Shown piece by piece: positions 54,834 to 64,000 of a stretch of 64,000 bases of DNA (position 1 is the first letter of the stretch; the number at the start of each line of letters is the position of its first letter). This stretch comes from Phoronis australis (lineage: Eukaryota > Animalia > Phoronida), in assembly GCA_002633005.1 (NCBI GenBank), contig NMRA01000931.1, forward strand, positions 28,721 through 92,720, in the 5' to 3' direction. The notes below the pieces were generated by a model. That model worked only from the letters and a program-made list of their open reading frames with translations. It had not been told where the DNA came from and did not search any database. A program made the translations under genes and the position numbers.

Positions 54834-57800
54834 GTGAATTTTAATTTGCTTTAAACTTTGTTAGCTTTTGGTATGACGTATCACGGTTGTCCCAGGAAAT
54901 TCGATAACGTAATGTTCGCTCGTCTCTTTGCTGTAGTGATCCTAGCAGCCTTTCACAATGCAACGATTTAAACGAGAAACAACATCCATTTGTATCCCGT
55001 TCTGTATTGGGCTAAGGTTTGAGGTTTAAAGCCCATCTTGAACAGGAACACCAGTCCTGTAAATTTGGTTCCTACAGTATGTTAGAAGCATTGCTCTAGT
55101 GAGCCCACTAGTCCCATAAATAGCTAAATGTAACGAACTGTTAGGCGTGGCTTGCTTTTGTCTACGTCACTGCAAGAATCACCTTTTATGTCAAACAGCT
55201 GCATGCAATGGGGTTCTATTCAGACCGCTATTCAATACAGCTGTTATTGGCCTTTTGTTGTTTGTGCTGAGATCTCGCGGTGACGCAACATGGCACGAAA
55301 AGGCAGCTTTACCTATCATTTGATGGGCTTACATTTACTTATTGAACTCGTGTTTTCTTAATATTTTTCTACGGCTTTGCTAGGACTATCTGGTAAGCTC
55401 ACATCCGCTAAAATAACAAAATTCCGTTTAAGTTAGGCTTTAATGTTCTTACAATCCTATCAGAAGTGGTCTAGATTTGTTCTAAATATTAATGCCTCTC
55501 CGTTTGCCATATGAAAAGGTGTGATGAGTCGACTTCAAAAGCAAAACATGGTAAAAGCCGAAGTGTGGTAGCTTCGACATTGTTTTAAAAAATATCGCCA
55601 GTTAGAGAACGGGGTAGTTTGAAATAGAGCGATGTAGCGCAACGGAATCTCGGACGATGGAAGTGTGTGAAAACGGGTCGGTCGCATTTCGGAATTGTGC
55701 TAAAGCAGATTTGCGTCAACGGGAAAACTGAGATATTTCTTACGGTATGTATGACTTGAAGGAACGATTACATATATTGGTTATCAATTGACACTCACAT
55801 ATGTCAGCATTTGTGTTGGTCTAGATTAAAAACAAACGTTTTCATATACTATAGTACCGATCAATGTGTTTTAGGCGGGTGCTTGAGGCAACAAGAAGAT
55901 CTAGACAAGGTCAATGAAGTAAGTACTCTAGAGTGTATTCACCAAGACCAATGAAAAGGATTTTTGAATAGACAACAAATCGCTCGTATTATTATCAGGT
56001 AAGACCGGGTTGTTCCGCTCACATAAATATGAGCCTGCGAATTGACCTATCGCAAGCTCCGCCCCCTTGCTAAATGTCGACAAACAAACAATAAGTAATA
56101 CCTGCCTCCCGTTCAGTAACGCTAGGACCTCGCTAAAAAGCAAGACTTAGCGAGATTACGTGAGATATTGCCGTGCCTTTTAAATGAGAACACGTGACTT
56201 TGACTAGGTTTTAGTTAGGTCCTAGCGTAGGTCCTAGCGTCTACTGAACGCACGCCTGGTAACGTCTCGTTTGCCGGGTAAATGGCGGGTTGGAAAGGAA
56301 GGTATGTCAACATGCTGCGTTCTAATTGGCCGGTTAAGCCATCACTCAAAATCCTGGCGATAGGTCAATTATCCAGTAACCCCAGGTGTATCGCTGCAGT
56401 CGTTTTCGACAAAGGACAGTGTCCGCAATGTGTCGCCTGTGTATTTACGGAGTTTTAGGCGAAAAGGGGTTTTCACAAAGCCTCAAAGTAGTCTTTGTTC
56501 TATACTACGACATTGACTAATTTGAAAAACGTTTGAATGTTACTTTTGATTTCTGATTTCGCAGGGTTTAATCTTTGTACACAAAATCGAACGCGCAATT
56601 ATGTTTTGCCATTTTCGTTCTCTTTTACGACATTGCTCAAAGTATCTTTATGGTTCATATGGATGACTGCCTAATTCTAGTTTACACTTGATGACCCCAA
56701 CATTAAAGCCATAAGCTCTAGTCTGGTCTCGTTATACTCGAAATCTCGCGTTTTTACTGAGCCTGTAGCTCGAATCTTTGGGTCGTCAAGTGCAAACGAC
56801 TAGAAACGCGCCTGTAGTAGCCATACTACATAGAATAATAGGCACTTATCTTGAGTTCGTATAAACCAGGACGTAAACTGGACGATTCATTAATTTTTAA
56901 TTCTAGTTCGAGTACAAAGATTAAACCCGGTTACAGATTATTAACTTTCAAAAATCTTGAATCTCCATCACATGTTATTCAACATACGTCGATTTTAACT
57001 CTTCAAGTTAATCCATAATGCCTTGGTCCACCCCTCGCAGAATGGCTAATATTCTCGGTAGTGGTGGATCTGAAATCAAACAGAATTAGTTTACTTACTT
57101 CCTTGACGTCACTCAGCCTATCTCGACTAAGTGATGCCGAAGATTATGAACTTTCAAGCGTGACCAAGTTTGTTGAAACCTGTCGTTTTACGAGGCATAT
57201 TTTCGTGTTTTTAAATTTCACGAACTCCTGTTCTATTCTGGCCGACTAGTTTAAACGAACTCGGAATTCCGTGCCGTTTTTTTTTCTATATTTCAAGATC
57301 TTGATTCATGAACAAATTTTGTTAAACAGGAAGTTCCCTTTGTTTTTAAAGGCCTTTATGGATACACGCTCCAATTGGCAGCAGACAGATCTCGCGTCAA
57401 GTGTCAGTTAATGTAGTAAAATGTGACCTAGATCTAAGGCTTTGAGGAAAGCGCAAAAGTCAACATATCAGACTACGTATTCATATCACATGACGAGAGA
57501 AAGTACACATTACATTTGTTCAATACTTCTTCTCTCATGAGACATCGTTAGGGAAGGTTCATAAAGGACCGTGGATAAATGTGATCATGGCAAAAACATC
57601 ATGTAGGCAAAGGATTTGATCACACACACATACACATCTACATCCTACCAGTAGTCACTCGTATAATCAAGGAAAGAACGCGGGAAAATTCAGTGACATT
57701 TAGATTGATTACAGGGCCGGGAATATAAAGTGAAATCAACGTTTGGAAGTGGTGTATTGTCATGTTCAGTGTGAATTCTCGTGTTGGCTTCAGCGTCAAA

Positions 57801-60800
57801 CGAGCGAGTTTACTGTGTTGTGAATCTAGCGCCACCGTCTGTAGGCACATATAACGTGAATTAGCTGAACGATAGAAACAGCCACGTCATATTGAAGTTC
57901 ATTAGCCCGCCACACGGCTATCAGGTCTTTGGTGGACAGGCGCCACCTACAGATCCCATGTAATGCTGACGGGCGGTTATTTTTGTGCATGTAAATTTCC
58001 ACTGTTGTGCGGTGGGATGTACTAATGCTTTGCGAAAAAGACAAACCTTTTGAAATATCAATGGGTGAATAACGACACCATGTTCCATGCATTTCCCACG
58101 TCAAAGAAGAAGCGGCTAGGAAGCCAGCGGCTGCATCTAATAAAGCGGATGTGCGATCTCCCAGCAGGCATTAAAAGGTTACACTAAATTAGTGAACGTA
58201 TACTCATTAAATAATGGAAGGGACTGTCAGTGGCATTTATCCCTCTGCTTTTAATTCAATGAACCACTATTCAGCAATTGAATTTCCGTCCACCAAATTT
58301 GAGAGAGATCAGTCGGAAGTCACTTTCGTGTTAGTTACTGTAGAGAACGGCAATATAAAACGGGACCTATTGCTATTGTTGTGTACCACCAGATTGCCTT
58401 TTCGTCAAAAAGATGGTGTCTCTAGGGGTTGTGTTTTACAACCAACTTCCTATGAATTAGAAAACAAACTATGTAATGGTATTCTTGACCGACCTGGCTG
58501 ATTTTCAATAAGTAACACCTCTAAGAAATCAAATGGGCCTTTTGTACAGTAATTACGGAGAGGGTGTTTGCAAAATTATTTGAGACAATGTAAACGCCGA
58601 ACTACCTAGTATTTCTGCTGCAGAACTTGTCGTCTACACTATGCGGACCCCAAAACATGTTATCTGGTTATGAGTAGCAATGGCCGCGGAAAGGTTTGCA
58701 CATGGACCAAGACTAATGTGGCATGTGAATTCTGATGCCCTCATGAAGAATGTGTTGGTCTTGATACTACTCGTTACATTGGACGTAATGGGTATTCTCT
58801 GCGAATCTCCAGAATGGAACCATCAAACACAAAGTTGAGCCTAAACGCGGTAAACTCATTAGTATTAGGCAAAGACCCAAAATACAAAGTATGAAAGTAC
58901 AAGAAAATTGTTATCGAATGTGTGTCTGCTTTTTACGTCGTGCTACATGAAATATGTCGTCAATATTTCAGCTCTTCCGTTTGAATGAAGATTACCAGGA
59001 TCATGTTGGAGATTTGGAGGAACGACTTCAGTTGTATAAAGGTACAAACATAATAACTTCAAAACAATATCAAATCCAAATGAAATTGACAAAAGTTGTT
59101 CGTCTCAACATCACGGGTTAATTATTTTAAGGAATGAAAGAAAACAAGCTTTTGAGAATGCTTTGCACCCGTATCAAAGTTATAGCATATAGAAAAAATG
59201 TTTTCAATTTGAATTTAAGCTGACTTATTCATAAAATGCGCCGTGATCCAGGAGATTACACTACTTACTCAAGCACGAGAAGTGCCTCCCATTTTGGCTC
59301 CTAATGACTTTTCCAGTTTTTGTTTACACTATAAGTAAATCCAGTGATTTCAACGTCCATTTTAAACAGGTCATGCATTGTGTGAAATTTCCAATGAATT
59401 ATGTACTCGGATTAGAAAAGTCGTTACAGGACGTGGGATAGGTCCATAACGCGCGCGTATGTGTGTGTGCGCGCGCACGTATGTGAGCGTGTGAAAGTAC
59501 GTCCGTAGGTACAAATGTGTATCTGGATATCTGTGGACGTGTAACGGCGTTGTTTGGGGATGAATTCAGACGTCGAATTTTGACAGAATGCAACTCAACT
59601 GTGTGATAAAACTGACAGTCTGTTCATTCTAGCTCAGTTCATGGAATTCGATGAAAATCAGTCGGGTGACATAGGTAAGTTGAGGCGACGTTAATAGAGA
59701 AGTTTCGGAAACTGGCTTGAACGTGATTCACTACGTGTTTTTATCTTTCATCCCTATATTTCACAAAAAACACGTTGGTCATGAAAGAAAAATAATAACG
59801 GTGTAGAAGCCAAATGCTAAAATTTAAGGCACCCAAAATCAATACCAAAACGTTTACTTATAGCTACGTAACGAAATTAGTGAAACGGGAAATAACATAA
59901 AACTGTCAAAACAAAACACTGACGTAGTACAACGAAGATAATTTGTTTTCAAAAGAGTTCAACCATTAATATGATTAGAAATGGCTTTCCAGAAACCTAG
60001 TAGGTAAATTTCAAATCCCAGAGTTGCCACTGTTTAGGCAACTGCAACGAAAAAAAAAATTCGGTGATTCCACATTTTGGCAAATTTGAAGTAGGCAGAT
60101 TCTAAAAATACGAAGTTGAAAATCAACGATAAACAAAAACAATTTCCGAAACCTAGTCCTTTGACGTTCCGGGTTTTCCGGTATTATACTTCATAACTCA
60201 CTGTCTGAAAAGAAAACTTTCGAAACACTGCAAATCCGACAATAACAAGATTCTGTTTGTTTCTACTTTGTGATTTTGCTTATATTATTTACATTTTTAA
60301 AAAGTTATTTTTGTCAAAAATCATGTCCTACACTGTGTAAATTCCTGATTTCCGTTTAATTGGCGTAGATATCATGGAACTGAAACGTATGATGGAAAAA
60401 TTGGGTCAAGCCAAAACCCACCTGGAGCTTAAAAAGATGATATCGGAAGTAGACCAGGCAGGTAGCGGCACTATATCTTACCCAGAGTTCCTGCACATGA
60501 TGTTGGGAAAGAAAAGTTCAATACTAAAACTGTAAGTACACGTGACTTTTTGTGTTACACTGTAAGAAATGTATGTGAACTCCATGACACGTGCTAATGG
60601 GTCGTGGAAAGATGTGTACTGGAGGTGTTCTCTGACACCAGTCGTTAGGATTGAACTACGAATAGGTAAACTTAGTTTGGTGGACACGGATACGTTTCAT
60701 GAAAAATGGCTTAAGATTTAAAGTCACAAATTTGGTCTTACTCTCCACACAACTATTTTTCTGCAAAATGTCCAAATCTCATTGGATAAAAATGAAGGTC

Positions 60801-63217
60801 CGATAATATATTCAAAAATACTGAGATATTTTTTATATATTATATTTAGACTGTGATTTTCTCATGCAACTGTGAACTAGGAGCGTAAATCAAGTTGCTG
60901 TCCTAAGTCTTCAGTCACTGTTCATAAAACAGACCCTAGTGCCCAGTTGCATTAAATAGTCCCAGTTAGGGACTCGACTAAATCTTTTGAAATTTTGTTT
61001 CGTCTTATACTTACAAATGTAGTGTTTTTATCATTTTATCTTGATTATGAAGTCTTTTTTGACGAATGACATTTTCTAATAAAATAACTGAGCCCTTAAT
61101 TCAGTCAAAATAACTAGGGACTCAGACCTTAAATTAGAGACGTTGCATTGAATTAGTAATGACATTCAAACAGAATAAAAAGTACATTTAGTCAGTGTTT
61201 CACAAACCCACGAATACGATTTAGATTTACAGGGAACTTAATATCTGTTATTCCAAGAGAGCATCATAACGTCGGCTCTAGGGTCACCCACTCTGAACTT
61301 GAAAAATTTTGTGTATATACATCCGGCGGGATATGCTCATAAAGTTTATTTGAAATTTTTGGGCCATTATTTTCTAAGTCACAGCATCATGAATATTTTG
61401 GCCCAAAATTGTACATTTTGGTACAAAAAGTTAATGAAGTTTTTTTTTGAAAATGGTTTGAAAGAACGGGAAAGAAAAAATCTTTATACTATTTATGTAA
61501 ACATTAAACTTGAATTTTTAATGGAGTTTCCGTTAACCTTTACTGGAGTGACAAAAATCGGTGAATTTTTACCAATTTTATGTATTTGTTTGATATTTAG
61601 CCAGTTTTATGTGTTTGGGGGACATTTTTCGGGGTGCTGGTGATTTCTAATGATAGTTTTCATCAGTTTGGTGTCTGACTAAAAAAATAAAAATATGAAG
61701 TAGGGTTTTTGCTGGTTTTCAAGCAACAACAGGTAGAAAAACACCATCACGTATTTTACAGTGCCTGACTGCGGGCAATATGCACCTGTATCTCATAAAC
61801 CTCTTAAAGTGGCTTCATTAATATGCCTCTATGGTGATTAAATCAGTCAGCACTAACGTTTAGATGCTTTTGCTACAGCTGCNCCCCCCCCCCCTTGGTG
61901 GCAGTTTCTATGACTAGATTTCTTCGGTGAAATTTCGTGAAATTTGGCCAAAATGTTTCCATTGACGAAATGATGGCACTTGCATGTTTGAGAACGACGT
62001 TTCAATATTATTTTACTATTCTATTACGATATTTTGTTTATTGTCTACCACTGTTGCTGATGATGATTTTTATTAATATCGAAACGTCTTTTGCATGTTG
62101 CATTCTAGCGTCGTATTTGTTTTCCACTTCTTCTAAATTGGCCAAAAATAATATTATGTACGTGGATTTTTTCGAATGAGTCTAACCTGTGCTGCCACAC
62201 CAGTGACAGTTTTAGTAATTTGGAAATTTTTCTCTAAGGTCGTCAACCGTTTTGGGTATTGGCACAAAGCAAATATGCTATTATGTGTGCCTACGTAACA
62301 TCTGACCCACGGTCAGTTATGAATGCTCAATGGTGCTTCCGGATTTATCTCCCCTGTCACGTGGTGATCACAGAGAAATTATTAGTATCAATTTTGTTTG
62401 TAAGCCCTCATGTCCCACCTTCTAATCCCACTATGTGTTTTCTCCCATTGCATGCAATCTATTTGTTTTTATGTTGGAAAATTGCTGTTTTCGGTATGCA
62501 AAATCGTGTCATTTTCTTTGCAAATATTGGAGGCCTGTAGGTATAAAACTAGGAAGTCAATAAGTGCAAAATTGAGGATTGTTGTATCAGAGCCACACCA
62601 TGATTACATACACAAAGTTTAAGTTGAATCTGAATCTTTGGGCCACATTTTTTGGTATAAAAGGTCCGAGAAAATACGAAAAGGTCCAGGAATGTTGTGG
62701 TGGCATTGATATTGAATTAACTTAAAACTGACATGTTTAATTCGATTGGCCTCGTAACTAGTGTTCGCACTTTGCTGCGACTATTTGTGATAACCACGAG
62801 GGGGGGTTAGGAACGCCACGAGAAAATTTGGAGAGAACTAGGTAGAGAGTGGGAATGGTTATTGGGAAAATGAAGTTGTAATGACAGTGAGGAAAGTAGC
62901 CGGGAAACAAGTAGAAAGGATACTCTTGAACGACTCCTGCACCCCCCCCCCTCGCTCCCCAGTCTACTTAGTGGTAACCTATGTTGTAAAAAAAAAATCA
63001 GGCGAGCACATATCACTCACCGGTGGAACGATAGACTATAGATAACGAGTATCTATGGTGGAACCTATAATTCTTTTACACTCTATATTATGTCGTACTA
63101 TACAAGACTTGTGTTATATGACGCCTTCGTTGTCATTTTTTCAGAATCTTGATGTTTGAGGAGAAGAAAAAGGCTAACGGACCTCCACAAAGTCCTTTAA
63201 GTGCACTCCCTAGGTGA
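54821..63217 (+). CDS. AIF1: AIF1/Iba1-family EF-hand protein, copy B, 134 aa; exons 54821-54833, 55875-55918, 58972-59041, 59633-59674, 60369-60531, 63145-63217
   Basis: All introns are GT-AG with the same phases as copy A (1,0,1,1,2), 405 nt in total. Protein: [134 protein letters not shown]. Not represented in the supplied ORF track. Confidence 0.92.
55875..55918 (+). CDS. AIF1: AIF1-B exon 2 ([15 protein letters not shown])
   Basis: gttttag|GC … GAA|gtaagt; 44 nt. Confidence 0.8.
56564..56928. mobile_element. Palindromic MITE with perfect 17-bp terminal inverted repeats; relative at ~43750-43910
   Basis: GGGTTTAATCTTTGTAC … GTACAAAGATTAAACCC, with an inner pair CACTTGATGACCC / GGGTCGTCAAGTG. 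Confidence 0.75.
58972..59041 (+). CDS. AIF1: AIF1-B exon 3 ([23 protein letters not shown])
   Basis: atttcag|CTC … AAAG|gtacaa; 70 nt. Confidence 0.85.
59449..59492. repeat. Alternating purine-pyrimidine (CG/TG) tract with Z-DNA potential
   Basis: ACGCGCGCGTATGTGTGTGTGCGCGCGCACGTATGTG. Confidence 0.7.
59633..59674 (+). CDS. AIF1: AIF1-B exon 4 ([14 protein letters not shown])
   Basis: ttcattctag|CT … ATAG|gtaagt; 42 nt. Confidence 0.93.
   Translation, partial: LSSWNSMKISRVT
60369..60531 (+). CDS. AIF1: AIF1-B exon 5 ([23 protein letters not shown]…SILKL)
   Basis: gcgtag|AT … AAACT|gtaagt; 163 nt. Confidence 0.95.
63145..63217 (+). CDS. AIF1: AIF1-B last coding exon ([23 protein letters not shown])
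   Basis: ttttttcag|A ATC TTG ATG TTT GAG; TGA at 63215-63217. Confidence 0.92.
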
Positions 63218-64000
63218 CATGGACGTGTCCTGAAAAACATGATCTCTCTCTCGTGTTAACATTCACACCGCAAGCACTAATCTGCTAACCGGATTTGCCT
63301 TAATCAGATATGATTGAGGATCGCTTCACATTTATTTTGTATGGTCAACTGGCAACTTATTAAAGTCGGTGTATTAAAATGCGTTGGTTAATGACATGAA
63401 AATTTATTTATTCTCATAAAAAACAAGGCAATTGGATACTTGTGCGGAATATCATTTTTCTTATCTTCTGTAAGTCTTATGAACCAGAAAGACGAACAAA
63501 TAGCTTTTAAGGATTTTGTTAGTTCAGCGGTCACGGATTGTACGGCTAAGCCTGCACGAAGATTTAACGATCGAAGTCAGCAAATTTTCCGTCTCCAAAA
63601 CAACTACTAAGTGGTAATTCATTTTTATTTATTTTATTTTAATTACATATTTACAAAGAAAATATCATAAAAACATTAAAAATTCCCTTCTAAAGATCTC
63701 GGGTATTTTCGCAGCCTTCCATTTTCTTCGGAGATCCCTTATGCCCTAAAAGTATATGCGCCTATAATCATCTTCCGCTTGCATTTAACAAAACCGTAAA
63801 AGTGGATGATTAGCAAAGATCTGGCGAAAACTCGACCGCGTGCCACACACAACGGGGGCTACGACAGTACAATGTGTACTCAAATACGAAACTTAATTTT
63901 ATTTTATCATGTATTTTTGTAAATAAACACAAACTGGCAATCGTAATTCAATTACACCAACATCTGGTCATGCATTCTCCCGTAACTAAGGTTTCGGTCA

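Overview
Eukaryotic, intron-rich, AT-rich animal DNA from a draft assembly with N gaps at 19990-20237 and 32481-32937. The repeat landscape suggests a heterozygous marine invertebrate, possibly a deuterostome; this is a guess. Almost none of the supplied ORFs is a real gene. Four spliced genes were reconstructed by hand from GT-AG boundaries and phase matching. (1) The 3' part of a + strand SAM-domain putative transcriptional repressor with a PLDLS motif and a Cys/His-rich tail (exons 6398-6564, 9626-10193, 11611-11799). (2) An AIF1/Iba1-family EF-hand gene, copy A (+, 6 exons, 154 aa), whose 13-nt first coding exon appears twice because of a ~3.1-kb duplication around a gap. (3) An intact but strongly divergent Cdc42 paralogue (-, 4 exons, 192 aa). 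(4) A second AIF1-family gene, copy B (+, 6 exons, 134 aa). The most interesting signal is the AIF1-Cdc42-like-AIF1 cluster, together with substitutions at effector- and GEF-specificity residues in the otherwise hyper-conserved Cdc42. The rest comprises L1/Tx1-type LINE remnants, an Academ-like transposon remnant, many palindromic MITE/foldback elements, minisatellites, two near-identical duplications that probably represent uncollapsed haplotypes, and clusters of Otx-type and Onecut/Cux-type sites near the SAM gene.
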